Shown here: positions 40,979 through 55,159 of the stretch, in pieces
How the letters are laid out: every line of letters starts with the position of its first letter
Position numbering within the stretch: position 1 is the first letter of the stretch
Assembly: GCA_044892525.1 (NCBI GenBank)
Contig: CM097887.1
Coordinates: forward strand, 92,420,397-92,484,396
Length of the DNA: 64,000 nt
Direction: 5' to 3'
Source: Schmidtea polychroa
Lineage: Eukaryota
The notes under the pieces: model-generated
Told to the model about the DNA's origin: nothing
The model's input: only the letters and a program-made list of their open reading frames with translations
The model's database searches: none
Made by a program: the position numbers and the translations under genes

Positions 40979-41213
40979 CCCTTAATTGCACTGTGTACCA
41001 AATTTGCAACACACCAGAATTTCACGTTTAGATCGCCTAAAATAAATAAGAACTAACCATTTCATAATGTTGCTTGTCAGCTACAAAGCAGTTTAAAGGA
41101 TTTAGTACATAAAGTGACCGCTAGATTAAATTATTTTTATAATAATATATTCAGTCAATGGAACGTTATTTTATTTTATTCGAAATAAATAAAAAAAATC
41201 ATGCAATTAAGGG
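40979..41213. mobile_element. piggyBac-like MITE (235 bp)
   Basis: Perfect 12-bp TIR CCCTTAATTGCA; flanks TTAA / TTAT. Confidence 0.7.
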
Positions 41214-43539
41214 TTATATATAATATCAAATTATTTTGCTGTGATCTGACCAATAACTCAAGAATTAAACCCCTTGCTCGCTATGAAGGAAAGTCCGAAG
41301 GAAATTTTGAAGAGATTTATAAAGATTCAGTAAATGTAGTAGAAAAATTAACAACAAAAATAAAATACCTATATACAGAAATATAGATGCAATTATCCTT
41401 GAATCACATCTGAAGACTATTTATACGCAGTCAATATTTACCTCATATTTAGATTTAATTTCATCTTTAAAATCAAGATTTTCGTCGTTAAAATAAGATA
41501 GCGTTTTCAGTAGTTCAGTTTCATACTCAGAATTTTCTAAAAATAGATAAAATAAACTTCCAAGAAAACTTGCAAAATTTAAAGGAAAATACAATTTACA
41601 ATATATAGAAGAAATATAGATACATTTTCTTTTGGTTCATATCTCTCAAATATTAAAAGAAGTATTACAAACATCGGAAGATTTCGACTATGTTGGTTAA
41701 ATTAATACATTAATAACTACTGATATGACCTCTTTTTACTACTAACATTAAATTTTCAGCACCTTGAAATATGGTAAAACCTGGTCAAGCCCAACTAATC
41801 GGGAAACGCATTTATTAGTTTATGTGCGAGTAAGTGTGCATCGGAAGCTATCAGGAAAAAAACAAAAAAAGGAGAATGTCATTATTAGGTTTATAGTATA
41901 TAGACGGAAAATTCTACTACGATACATAATTATAATTTTTTCTATTACTATTACACATATTATATATATGTATGTCTTAGATATTAAAAATCTTTGGCAA
42001 AATAATAAAAATCCCAAAATAATAAATTTTTAAAAAATATAATGGTGTAATTATCTGTTTTCAAGCTTTACTATATTCAGAAATTAGTTTTCGGAAGAGT
42101 CTTGATGCACATATACACAAATTGCGTAGCATTTTTCTCCATCTTCATCGTAAAATTTCTCGACTAGCAGCATTCGTACAACCTTATCTCCATTATTTTT
42201 ATAATATCTAGAATCAATTAAATTGTATTCCGTGATTTCAGCTTCATCTAATCTCAATTCTGAATGTATATTGCTAAATCCATAACTTTTGCTTCATACA
42301 GGGAATTTTCTTTTATTAATGTTTCAGTTTGTGTCCTATTTTTTGGAGCCGATTAACGAAGCCAAATGAAAATTTGTTCTATATGCTATTGCCCATAATA
42401 ATCGTAACATAACTTATACAAGAACTTACTATAATAAGTCTTTACTGTTAATTGAAAAAATGAATAAGTTTGAAAAGATTTGCACAGTAAAATTCAAAAT
42501 TATGCTGACATTCAAACAGATGTTAATTCATTTCTAACAAAAATATTAAATTAGCATAGATATTCAAATTATAAGTTTTTATAAAATATTTATGTAAAAT
42601 TTTGCTAGTTTTATAAAAATTTGGGTGAAAGATCAAAAAAATCTAAAGACAAAATAGAAATTATAAAAAACTTTCATATTAATATTTATCAAAGGGCCTC
42701 GAGATGACGTAATTTTCAAAATTGACAATAGATGATGGATTGGTTATATATAAGTTTAATCGTTTGATATTCGGTTTCAATGTTTCACTGTTTTAGCACA
42801 ACTAGTCACACAAGAAAATTCAAATTGATTTAAGGAGTACTATCCAAAAATAAAATGGATTTTGCTTATTCAGATAATTAAGGAATCATCAATGATATGG
42901 AGTGGAGCAGGAATGAAACCAAGAAATTGGATGTCGTATGCATGATTCCTGAAGTTTATAAGACAAGAACATTGAATATAGAAAAGGAATGAGTTATTAC
43001 CATTAAATCATTGAATTTTAAATGGTATTGACAACACTTTTGAAAGATTAAAGGTTTCAAACCATATTCTCACTACCTTTTAGGCAATGGGTGCCTTCTT
43101 GCCTTAATGTCAGCTTTCTATAATTTACAAGTTTCAGGATATTTTTCATTGGAATTAGGTACTCTTATAAATGGTAACTATTCTATAAGATGTAAAACGA
43201 CTCAAAACCGTGTGGGTAAACCTCGACAGTTTATTCAGCACTATCATTATTACCAGAAACTAGTAAGCTGTTCAGAAATAATTTTATAAGTAATCAGTGG
43301 TCCTAAAAAGGTTAAAGGAAGTATAACACATATTTATATTCGGTGATTTATTATTAGATTTGTATCAATTTTCTAAATACAAAGTATATAATTGAAATAC
43401 AATGATATATAGACTTTATCTAAATAACTATAACGTATTTATTCAAAACTATAAACATGCAATTTGATGTTGCGAGTTTAATGATGAAAACAATTAATGC
43501 ACTTTCTCTGTTCAACAACATAAACATGTTGCTTTAAAT

Positions 43540-43710
43540 CAGGGGTTTCAAACTCAAACTTGCCTGCGGGCCGCATTACACTAGTATTATGAGCCGGCGG
43601 GCCGCAACATAAATAATTGTTTTTCAGAACATGTGGAGTCTGAAACTCCGACGTTAATATTTATTTAATTAAAAACTCAACAAAACTAAAAAACATTTTT
43701 TTATTATTAA

Positions 43711-43754
<44 letters not shown>

Positions 43755-43917
43755 TGTATAACGTCATATGTATAAATAAAAATAATTAAAAAGATAAGTT
43801 TTAATTTATACAGCCAATTATGATTTTAATTGTTAAATAAGTTTGGTTAAATTACAAATCTATGTTTTTTCGTTGCGGGCCGCATGCGGGATGCGGGCCG
43901 CGTGTTTGAGACCCCTG
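43540..43917 (-). mobile_element. hAT MITE (378 bp) derived from the element at 44884-47303, with internal (AAT)n
   Basis: TIR CAGGGGT(T/C)TCAAAC; perfect TSD CTTTAAAT; both arms near-identical to the ends of the neighbouring element. Confidence 0.95.
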
Positions 43918-44883
43918 CTTTAAATAGAGAAATACGAATAAATAGTTTTATTAAGCATTGGTTAGTTTTTGGTAAATATAATTACCGAAAATTTATTTCT
44001 TATCGCATTACGAGCCATAAAATTGACTTAAATACATGATGGAACCCTTTTTCTTATACTTTAAAAATAAAAATACTATATTTTGTAGGAAAATTATTTG
44101 TTTTTCCGTAAATATATTCAATTTAGAGTTGATAGTAGAATTAAGGATGAATTATATATTGTGTGAAATCTGTATTATTATACTGATATGCCATTTTCTA
44201 TCAACAGATTAATCAACCGTTTTAGGACAATAAATAATTACGTTACAGCTACTAAATGAAAACAACGGAAAGAAATTCTTCGTGGGAATACTTTGAACAT
44301 GTAAATGAACCAGCTCAATTAAGAACACATAAAATAAAAAGACCAGGACTAAAATGTAGTTCAAAATGAAATATTTCGTGGAAAAAAAACTGTAGAAAAA
44401 AAGTGAAATTGATAAATCTTTTACAACTGGCTTTTTCGCATTGTAGCTAAGGATAATCTCACATTCAATAAACTTTGCATGTTTTCCTAAATTCAATGCA
44501 TCCGAATATATATATATATATATATCATTAAAAGATCTTTCACGTATTGCTATTTAATCTTATTGAAATCAGTAAAATTCTTTATTTTTCAATTCACTGA
44601 TCGGTTTTCTTTTGATATTTAAATTTCAAAGAAAAACAAATTAATCTTAAATCTAGAGTAATAATGAAAATAAATAACAAAAATAATTATTAACCAATGA
44701 GATTTAACCAATTTTATTTAAATTCCTGTAAAAGAGCATTTAAAGAAAATAAAAATCGACAAGTGTAAAATTGTATATTTAAAACTTCTGAAAATAAATT
44801 GGAAAATAAAGAACATGACTTATAAAACATCTCGTGTATTTCTATTAAATCATTCATATCTCGTCTATTAATCTCCTTTAAAT

Positions 44884-47303
44884 CAGGGGTCTCAAACACG
44901 AGGCCCGCTGCGTTACATTTGGCGGCCCGCAACGAAAAAACATAGATTTGTAATTTAACCAAACTTATTTAACAATTAAAATCATAATTGGCTGTATAAA
45001 TTAAAACTAATCTTTTTAATTATTTTTATTTATACATATGACGTCTAGTACAATTTAATAATGGCTTTATTACGTCTTTCTTATGAATCTTATCGAAAAC
45101 AGTTTATTTATTTTAAAAATTATTGATTTTATTATTTAAATTAAAAAAATATAAGTTATATTAAAAATACATATATTTTACATAATTTAAATTTTTGTTT
45201 ATTTTAATTTAATGTTATTTCAATCAACAAATAATAATTGGCATATTTAAAATTTTTTATACCCATCACAAAATGACTTCGTTATCTAGAAAAAGAAAAC
45301 TCGTTGATGAAAGAAGGGTTTTCCAAGAGAAGTGGGAGAATTTATATTTTTTCACAGAGACGAGAGATAAAATTCAGTGCCTTATATGCCAGCAGACTAT
45401 CGCAGTACCAAAGGAGTTCAACCTTCGCCGGCACTACGACACTATGCATCGTGAAAAATATGATAAATATACTGGAAAAATTCGAGATGAAGAAGTTAAC
45501 CAGCTTAAAATAGGATTTGATAAGCAACGAAACTTTTTTTCGAATTTAAGCCAATTTGCAGAAAATTCAGTAAAAACAAGTTTTGAGCTAAGCCTGATGA
45601 TAGCTGAATCATCGCGACCTTTCACAGAAGGTCCATTCATAAAAGAATGTTTTTTGAAGGCCAGCGAAATTTTAATTCCTGATAAAAAGAAACTATTCGA
45701 AAGCATAAGTCTGTCTGCTAATACAGTTGCAAGCAGAATAACCGATTTAGCAGATAATGTGAAAAAACAATTTATTGAAAAGGCTGGAGATTTTGAAGCA
45801 TTTTCGATCGCTCTTGATGAGAGTACTGATTTGGTAGATACTTCACAGCGCGCAATTTTTATAAGAGGAGTGGACAGTAAATTTAATGTAACCATTGAAG
45901 AATACCACAACGGGACGTGATTTATTTAAAGGATTGGAAGATTGTCTTGAAAAAGCTGGATTACCATGGAACAAACTTGTATCAATGGTCACGGATGGAG
46001 CGCCAGCTATGTGTTCACAAACAATCGGTGTTGTTGGATTGGTGAAGACCAAACTACAAAGCCTCAATATACCAAATAATAATTTCACTAGCTTACATTG
46101 CATTGTGCACCAAGAAGCTCTGTGTAGCAAAAGTATTAAAATGATGGGTGTCATGGATGTGGTTGTGAAAACGATCAATTTTATACGTTCACGAGGCTTA
46201 AATCACCGACAGTTCACTTCTTTCCTAGCAAGTATAGAAAGCGAATATCGGGAAATTCTTTATTACACCGAAGTTAGATGGCTGAGTCGAGGAAATGTGC
46301 TGAATCGTTTTTTTGCACTTAGAGAAGAGATTTATTCTTTCATGAAACTCAAAAAGAATGAGGTTCCACAGCTTACTGATGCCAAGTTTATTTGCGACCT
46401 TGCCTTTCTGACAGATTTAACTGGTCATTTGAATGCATTAAATTTAAAACTTCAGGGCAAAAGACAAGTCATTACACAGATGTATGACAGTGTTAAATCA
46501 TTCAAAGTCAAATTGTCTTTATTTCAAAGACAGCTTATTGTAGGCAACTTAGCCCATTTCTCAACTTTGAATTCCTTAGGAAAAGTCGAAAACCAATCCA
46601 TGAAAGAATATGCAGATATAATTTCAGACTTGCATCAACAATTTGTTTTACGTTTTAACGATTTTAAGGCACTTGAACCACATTTTCAGCTTTTTGCAAC
46701 ACCATTCGCCGTTGAGATTGAAAATATAGCAGAGGAACTGCAGATGGAATTAGTAGATCTTCAGTGTGATTCCATATTGAAGCAAAAGTATTCAGATGTT
46801 GGAATTCTAGAATTTTATCAGTTTGTTTCAAAAGAAAGGTTTCCTATGTTACTTTCTGCTGCTGCAAGGATGATAGCAATGTTTGGAAGTACGTATGTTT
46901 GCGAACAATTTTTCTCTTCCATGAAAATTATCAAATCGCCATTAAGATCTAGGCTTACTGATGAACATCTGCAAGCATCTCTAAGACTGGTTTCATCACA
47001 GGACATTAAACCTAACATTGATGCCTTGGTTGATGCTAAACGATGCCAGGTAAGTGGGCAAAACATGGATTGATTTCACAGTAACATTAATTTTAGTATT
47101 TTAATGTAAGAAAGCAGCATAATGAATGCTAAAATATTAAAATAAAATGTTTTTTAGTTTTGTTGAGTTTTTAATTAAATAAATATTAACGTCGGTGTTT
47201 CAGACTCCACATGTTCTGGAAAACAATTATTTATGTTGCGGCCCGCCTGCTCATGATACTAGTCTAATGCGGCCCGCAGGCCAGTTTGAGTTTGAGACCC
47301 CTG
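44884..47303 (+). mobile_element. hAT SPIN/GTF2IRD2-like (Buster group) element, full length, one frameshift
   Basis: Perfect 14-bp TIR CAGGGGTCTCAAAC; TSD CTTTAAAT / ATTTAAAT; ORFs 45273-45920 and 45895-47073 with [37 protein letters not shown]. Confidence 0.95.
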
Positions 47304-48304
47304 ATTTAAATATTAGCAATAAAAATATTTGTTACTTCATAAAAAAACATATACAACAATATGAGTGGCATAAATTTTACTCGTGTCGTCTTTGTCATTG
47401 TCTAATACGAATGCTACCATTAATAAAGTTTGTCACAATGAGAAAAGCCGTTTACACAATTAAGTTCTTTAAAAATGAATATTTAGGAAACGTTTGTAAA
47501 TTGTGTAACGTCAAAAGTGGCATTTTTTACCCCCTCTCCATTTTAACAGACTTTGTAACAAAATTTGTACTCCGTCCCACTCATTTAAAAACTCTGTAAC
47601 AAATTCTCAGATATCTCTCTCCTCTCAAAAGCGTTATATAATTTATGAATGCTCCTTTATGAGCTTTTGAGAATAAAATTATTTTAAAAATATATTAAGA
47701 TATTGTTTAGTATTTCAAACAAAGCTTAAAATATGAATTACCCAAAACATATATCAGACACTAAACAGATACTTACAATGAATCCATTGTTGTCAATGCT
47801 TAGATTATTAGCCGTACTATTTTTAAAAAGTTTCATTGAATGCCGTCTAGAAGGAAATAAATTTTCCCGTTGAGTTTCATTGAATAAATGCTTTGTATTG
47901 CTCCTAGTTGTGCTATACTTTATATCACTTTTTAATTCTAAGGTTGACGGTAATAATAAAATTGAGGGTGATCTTGGATAAGAATTCCGAATTTTTCTAA
48001 CATAGTTTGATTTGTGAAAATTCAAATCAGTATGAGATAAAATAGTCATCAGATTCAATTCGGCTTTCTTGTTAGTTAATATAACATTGTTTCTATCTTT
48101 ACATTGACAATTTATCAAGTTTGGGTTTTCCTAATATAATTCAAAAATATATCTTTTCAAAAAATAAAAATAAAAATTTATATTATGAGGAAAATAAAAG
48201 TAAACCTCAATAATTACACATGAAATAAATAGATTGCAGACTTTTATAAGGATACATGGAATAATAAATAAGTATTTCATTTGTGAAAATTCAATCATTT
48301 AAAT

Positions 48305-48330
48305 CAGGAGTCGACAAACTACGGACAGTA
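48305..48330 (+). mobile_element. Lone Charlie/Buster-like hAT terminus
   Basis: CAGGAGTCGACAAACTACGG preceded by ATTTAAAT; no partner end seen. Confidence 0.4.
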
Positions 48331-48838
48331 GCTTTTTTACATTAAAAAATTTAAAATAAATTCAATTACGTGTAATTCAACGGCCAATACTCAGAAGAAA
48401 ATTTTAAAAAATGAACTTCTTGGAGAAATTCTTATCTAATCTTTTCTACTTCCCATACACTTCTGAATATTTCTGAATTTGTTGTACTCAAACTTTTACA
48501 ACCATATACAATTAAAGAACCATAACAATGTACAATTTCTTTACAAGTTTTTCACTGGTATTTAAATTACAGTCCAAAAATACTAAATGATTGGAACAAT
48601 ATATGGAAACAAAAGGTAACTACCGAAAATACACAAACAAAAGAAAGATAGCATGGCTCGTTATTAAACGTTACTTAATGAATCAATAGATATACACTTA
48701 AAGTTTAAAAGAGTAAGAAGAACAAAAAAGTTTAAAACACAAAAATGTCAAAATTGATAAAACTAAAGAGATCCCGAAACTCTTTTATATAACAATACTA
48801 AATTTGGAGTCGATGTGACTGACCTAATGGCACGGAAA

Positions 48839-49062
48839 GGTGGCCGGACAAAATGTTATGTGGACAAAATGTCGTGTCAAAATGCTATGGACAAAATATC
48901 ATGGTATAAATGTTGTTGATAATATACCATTGCGACATGTTGAGTGTGATCAGTACATTTGCGACCAATACCCATAGGGGGACAAAATATTTTGTCGGAT
49001 AAACTCTGAGTATGTGTATTTTGTCAATGACATTTTATCCGGTGACATTTTGTCCTAGAACC
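48839..49062. mobile_element. 224-bp MITE with GG termini, iterated GGACAAAATGTC and 8-bp TSD (Merlin- or MULE-like)
   Basis: TSD CACGGAAA at 48831-48838 and 49063-49070; ends GGTGGCCGGACAAAATGT / reverse complement GGTTCTAGGACAAAATGT. Confidence 0.85.
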
Positions 49063-50102
49063 CACGGAAATAGTGTCAAAAAAAAGAAAAACATACGTAT
49101 GTAAAAACTGTGGCCAATTCAATGCTAAGAATTAGGCTTTGATTGTGTATTAAAAAAAAATTTCGAATTCCTATTTATGTTAAAAGAAACTTTAACTTTT
49201 ATTACACGTATAGTGGTTTTAAAAACTATATGCATGTCATGTTGTGGATCTGCAATCACATAAAGATTAAATTGTCCATTTAATTGAATATTATTATGTT
49301 TAAATCAAATAAATAATGAATTGATATAAATCTATTTATGTATTAGAGTTAATTTACCCCAACTTATTAATTATTTTCTAAAGATTTATAAAAACTGAAA
49401 AACCAACTAAGCGTTTTTTTAAATATCAGTCATTTTGACTGGTTTTAGTAGAAATGGGTATATTACATTTGACGGTAGATCTAGTGTTAAGAGAAACCCG
49501 AATATTTGAAAAGATTTCCTGAACTAAAAAATTGATAAATGTACCAGTTTCTATATTTGTTTCTATGACTAAATTTGGACAGTTTTTTTAAATCTTACGT
49601 TATAAATATATTAAGTTATTAAAGGTTTTTGTAATAAGAAACATTCAAAATCAAATTTTTCTGATAATTTTCTAATGTGTTGATTAGTCATTCATTCTTC
49701 CAAACTTTTATTTTTATGTCTAACCACTTCAAAATTACAATTTCGTATTATTTGAAATATTGACCAATATTTAAAACAGGCTGATATTTTGATATATTTT
49801 GGATCAGTATTTAAAATAAATGGCCAATATATAAAATTAAATGTCAAGTAATATAAATAATCAGAATATCGCCGACATATAAAAACGGTTATTATTTTAA
49901 TTAAAATGTAAGTAGACAAAATAATTGGTCAGTAATTAAAACTAGGTATCAGTAAAAAATCAGCACTTGTATTTAATTAATCAAAGTATGAATTATAAAG
50001 AAACCAAAAAAAGAATTTTATACTTTTATTACCAGTCGGTATTTTACTTTTAAACTCTTAATTCTAAACCCCCAAAAATGGCGTGAAATGCTTTCTTAGC
50101 TT

Positions 50103-50440
50103 CAGACCCGGATCCAATAAGTGATGGGATATAAAATATATAGAATAGAATAATTGAGAGAGAAGACAGTACTATCCGATTAATTAAACATCAGTAAAAA
50201 ACGACACTTAGGGGTATCCGTTTTATATATTATAATAAACACAATAATATATTTCATCCATCAATGCGAACTTAAACGAAATATACTTTTTTTATTTGAA
50301 TAATTTATAATTTATCCTTTATCGTCAAAAGCAATTTGTTTTAAACTTCGAAAAATAACTTTTTATTAATTTTATTGGTGATGCGGGGTCCCTTCAAGTA
50401 CGAGGCCCAATTGGGCTCAATCCCCTTAAATCCGGGCCTG
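50103..50440. mobile_element. hAT MITE (338 bp), Tip100-like ends
   Basis: TIR CAG(A/G)CCCGGAT; perfect TSD CTTAGCTT at 50095-50102 and 50441-50448. Confidence 0.9.
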
Positions 50441-52022
50441 CTTAGCTTTATTTTCCGTTGTCCAGTTGTGTTCATTCATCTAATTCATTTCTATTGTCGA
50501 TTTCTTATCGTTTTGCCCTTATTAACGCAAATTACGTTACAGATTAGTTACTTGTAAAGTTCATCATAATTAATATGCAATTCTGGAGACCCCTTTAATT
50601 TTAATACTGACCGAAATATTATTTTATACTGACAGTTTATTTAATAAAATACTGGCGGTTTATTATAAAAAATACTGACCAAATAAATAGAATTGTTTAA
50701 AGATTTCAATTTATGTCACTAAACTGTTAAATGTTTAACGATGAACCGCAACTCAAATGTGATTTGGGAATGCAGTCTTTAGATGTAAAAAGTTAACATA
50801 AATTCATAAAACAAAACAACGTTAATATAATAAAATTAATTTTAATAGAAAATGTTTATATTTTCAATCAACACAAACATATAAATTTACAGTACACAAT
50901 GATACACTATATTTTGGTTAAAAATAAGATTTATCTAAAACAATATATTTATTTCAGTTTCTTCTAAAATTGTAACTTTTAGTATTTTTGATCCTTACTA
51001 TAAATTATTTGTGAATATAGAATATTTCATCTATTAACATGGCCTTAAATTTTAAAAAGTTAATTGCCAATTTAGTATGACTAAAAATAATTTATTCGTT
51101 TGATTTAATTAGTTTTATAAATGATTACTCGATTATTTACATTTATAAATAATAATACAAATATTTATATATTGTCTGATATCTATACATAGCGTAGGTA
51201 GGCTAAACGGTAGACATCAAACAGTTACATTTATCCAAATTTAATTATACAATTATTAAATTATAATGTAAGGTTTGTTTTTAAATTAATCTTTTGCCTT
51301 ACCAGTAGTAATAAATTTAAAATAGATTTGCGTACATAATCTAGTGTAAAGTATCAAAATTTACACAGTAACAGGCAAATTTTATGCAATAGACCGTATT
51401 TTGATATAAATCACGTTAATTCTTGTCAAGTTTATTGTATGGATGGGTATACGCATGTGTGAATATATAGTATTTGTATGACAGCATGTAATTATATTGT
51501 AGAAATTATATTGACTCTATTTTAAGTCTGGGTTATACGTGAAGAATTTTACTTTTTATGGAAATTATTGAAATTTAAAAGCTGCGGGTAATACGCACGA
51601 AATTAGGGTACATGATTTCCCAAATCTAATTACCGTAACCATGACTATTTGACAAAGTTAATTTTCAGATAACATGATGTCTATTAAAATTAAAAGTTAT
51701 AAAATTTTAATATTTTAAATAACTTAATAACTTTTAATTTTAAATATACTGAATTTATGTTATTATTGTTTGATAAAGAAATGTCGATTTTCCGAAAACA
51801 TTGAAATAAAAATGTCATTTTGTCTATTAAAATTAAAAATTATTGCGAAATTTTAATTAATTATCTAATACTAATTTAAATTCCAGAAACATCCAAAACT
51901 GTGTCTATATAAATGTATTGATGTGTAAATTAATAGCAGGCGCCACCAGACTTTAATGTCATTAGAATTATCTTGATTTTAAAAATCGCAAATAATAATG
52001 ATTTTAATTTTATATTAAATTT

Positions 52023-54539
52023 TTAATTCAAATACAAATATGAGCTTACATTTTTAGCGGAATTGTTATTAGAAATAGTACTATTAGATTGATAATAGGT
52101 TAAATTCCTGGATCCGGGGAAATTATCTTTATGCTTTTGACTGCTATTTTTGTGTAATAATCTAATATTTTTAGAATTTGTGCAAACCGCATTTCTATTC
52201 GTATTAGAAAATGAACGAATAACAGGAACTGGAGTTATCATCCGAACAGGATTGTCAGATGGATTATTACTATTATTGATTTCCGTTTCATAAGAACAAC
52301 TCGTTATATTTTCATTGAATATCTCCAATAGTAATGTATCGGGTAATCCGAATTCTCGTAAAGCTTGTAACCTTAACTGATGAAAAACTGCCATCCAACT
52401 GACACACGGCATAAAGAGAGCCCTTTGTACAATTACACTGGATTGTAAATCTTTAACTCGTTTATGAATAGCATTAATCATTCGACAATTAAGATAAAGA
52501 TGAGGCTTTAAGGGATTGGTAATTACGTTATTTTGTTCTGGAACACATGCATGCTGCATTGACAATAATGGAAATTGAGACTGAGAAGGAGGAATAAGAA
52601 TAGGATGGATTCTACCCGGTGGATGAATACTTTCAATTTCGTGTAAAGCAGAATCATCATAGGCTTTTATCAATTTGCTATTTCGCGAACGTTCTGAGAT
52701 CAATAATTTTAATTGCTCATAAAAGCTTCCCACGTATCTTGGTCCATTAAATAAGGCGGGTGGTTTATTAGTTTCAAATATGGATTGTGGTAAATCTAGA
52801 CTTAGAATATTGTATTTTGGCTCATTAGAAGTTGACATGAAAATTTCGGTTCTCATTTCCCTAGGATTGATCATTCTGCACCAGGATTGCTTCATTTGCA
52901 CAGAACTAAAAGGGTCATTAATTTCTGAAATATTCGATATGGCTGGTAGGACACCCCTTCTTATTAAAGAGATCATCATATTTTCAGTACCCGGAAAGAA
53001 GTGATTAAAATTGACGTATGGTATGAGATCATGAATTAATTTTGCTAGAATCGGATCGTTAACGTATTTATTTTTTGATTGAGTTCTTTTAGAATAGAAA
53101 TCTTTGAGAAAATAAACTATACTACTATCTTTGTTATTTTCTTTAGTTATTATAGGAGTTTCGAGTTGTGCTTCACCCCATTTAATAATAGCTGTGAGAA
53201 TTTCCGCTTCAGGCGCCTGTGTAAATTGAGATGAGATTATTTCTATCAAATCATTTTTTGTCAACGCCGACAAATATTGTGAATAAATCACCTGCATGAA
53301 TTCATCCCTAATCCAAGAGATTACATGCCGTCTGACAAATGCCGAACCGAATGATTGGGAGCTCCATCGAAGAATTTCGATGAAATTTTCAAGAGAAATA
53401 TGCTTTACAATTAAGTCTTCACATAAGTGACATATCAATTTGAATTCAATGAAAGAACCAATCTGATAAAGCTGCATTAAATCGCGAATACAATTAATAC
53501 AGCTGGGTAAAAATGTGTGAATATATAATCCAGCAGCTGAAAGATTCTCAGACATCGGGTTGGAAATATTATGCATTTGATTACTAGACTGCATACGAAG
53601 AGAAGCAGTCAAATCTAATGTGGGAGATCGACGATCGGGATAATGTTTTGTAACAATAAGCTGCAAATTTAGCTGTCCTGTGTACATGCAATAAAGCAAT
53701 ACTCTAGCATACCTATGAGATATGATATTTTCTTCCAAAGTTATTCTCATTGGAGCATTAATAATTGATTCAAAAGAAGACATGTAATTCTGTGATAAAC
53801 TATTGCTCATTTCTCTATTTTCATTATTTTGTTCGATCAGCTTCAATTCAATGATTCGTTTGAAAAATACAGACCTTGCTGCTAAAATCGCTCGATGACA
53901 CGGTACATCATATGAAACCCCAAGGGGGAAACTGTTTTCATAATCAATTGTAGTTTCATCGACTTGATCAGAGTTGATTCCTGAGTTGTTGAAATGACAA
54001 TGTCGAATAAAGTTCATTAGGTTAGAATTTTGACTTAGGGTTTTGGCATCAAAAGGAGAAAAATCTAAATTAAGGAAATCTGTCGTTTGTGTAAATACTA
54101 AAATACAATCCGTATCAGAAGAGTCTTCAAATAACCGTTTCATATCAAACTGTAAACGATTCGGCAAATGAAACTTTTCTCTTAGTAAATAAATCATATC
54201 CCAATTATCGATTTGATCTTCGTCAATGTCAAGTTGTTCAGTATAAATGTATTGCAGTATACTTTTAAATACAGCTGGTGTGACTGATGGGTTATCTAAA
54301 TGTATTGGGATTGGTTTCTTATTATATTTCTGCTGTTGACACGAGCCACAAATAGATGACCCGATACTGTGATAGCTACTCAACATAATATCCGGTTGTG
54401 CTTTCCATGAATAGAAGCACTGTCGGAAAAAGACAGATCGCGTTGACAAAAGAGCACGATGGACTTTAAAAATTTCTCCTCTATATGCGATTTCTGTGTC
54501 AGTAAATAATTCAACTTTCAACAAAGTGTCCAAGTCTTG
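52023..54539 (-). CDS. BTBD7: BTB/POZ domain-containing protein 7, exon 3 (two BTB domains plus BACK)
   Basis: Acceptor tttag|CAA GAC TTG (phase 0). Motifs FKVHRALLSTRSVFF, PCHRAILAARSVFF, RITLEENII..YARVLLYCMYT, LRWSSQSFGSAFVRR, QAPEAEILTAIIKWGE and LREFGLPD match BTBD7 as recalled. Confidence 0.93.
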   Translation of the reverse strand, partial: QDLDTLLKVELFTDTEIAYRGEIFKVHRALLSTRSVFFRQCFYSWKAQPDIMLSSYHSIGSSICGSCQQQKYNKKPIPIHLDNPSVTPAVFKSILQYIYTEQLDIDEDQIDNWDMIYLLREKFHLPNRLQFDMKRLFEDSSDTDCILVFTQTTDFLNLDFSPFDAKTLSQNSNLMNFIRHCHFNNSGINSDQVDETTIDYENSFPLGVSYDVPCHRAILAARSVFFKRIIELKLIEQNNENREMSNSLSQNYMSSFESIINAPMRITLEENIISHRYARVLLYCMYTGQLNLQLIVTKHYPDRRSPTLDLTASLRMQSSNQMHNISNPMSENLSAAGLYIHTFLPSCINCIRDLMQLYQIGSFIEFKLICHLCEDLIVKHISLENFIEILRWSSQSFGSAFVRRHVISWIRDEFMQVIYSQYLSALTKNDLIEIISSQFTQAPEAEILTAIIKWGEAQLETPIITKENNKDSSIVYFLKDFYSKRTQSKNKYVNDPILAKLIHDLIPYVNFNHFFPGTENMMISLIRRGVLPAISNISEINDPFSSVQMKQSWCRMINPREMRTEIFMSTSNEPKYNILSLDLPQSIFETNKPPALFNGPRYVGSFYEQLKLLISERSRNSKLIKAYDDSALHEIESIHPPGRIHPILIPPSQSQFPLLSMQHACVPEQNNVITNPLKPHLYLNCRMINAIHKRVKDLQSSVIVQRALFMPCVSWMAVFHQLRLQALREFGLPDTLLLEIFNENITSCSYETEINNSNNPSDNPVRMITPVPVIRSFSNTNRNAVCTNSKNIRLLHKNSSQKHKDNFPGSRNLTYYQSNSTISNNNSAKNVSSYLYLN

Positions 54540-55159
54540 CTAAATTTAAAAAAAAAATATTACAATATAAACTTTAAAAATTTTACATAACATATTTGCT
54601 ATATTTGAAATGACTTTTTTGATTAATTGCATAAATAATTTATTTAAATTCAAAAAAAATAAACACAAGTTTTGAAATTTCTTAACAGATTTGCTGCCCG
54701 GCTTTTAATAGAAAATTTCAATTGGGAAATAATTGGATAAAGAATGAAACAGAGAGAAGAGTACATGTAATAAGTTAGTAAATTGGGCATTGTCAATAAG
54801 AATTGGTGATTCGGGTGCTACTTATTAACTCATTACTGGATCGATTGCATTTGTTATTCACTGTGCATTAATTAGCATGTATTTTGACATGTTCGATTCT
54901 ATTTTTAATGTTCAAGCGAAATATTACAATTCCTTTATATTCGCTTTTTAATCAATTTAATTTGAAATTAATTGCTTTCCAAAAATATTTATATCATAAG
55001 ACATGTTGGAAAAGAATCCTACATTTCCGAATTGCCCCCCCCCCCAAGTATCTTCTTATTAGACTACTTATCACATATGGTTATAATATTAAAAACAATA
55101 AAAATTATAAAATTAAAAAATTAATTTTACTTTTAGAAAGAAAAATTAATTGATAAAAG

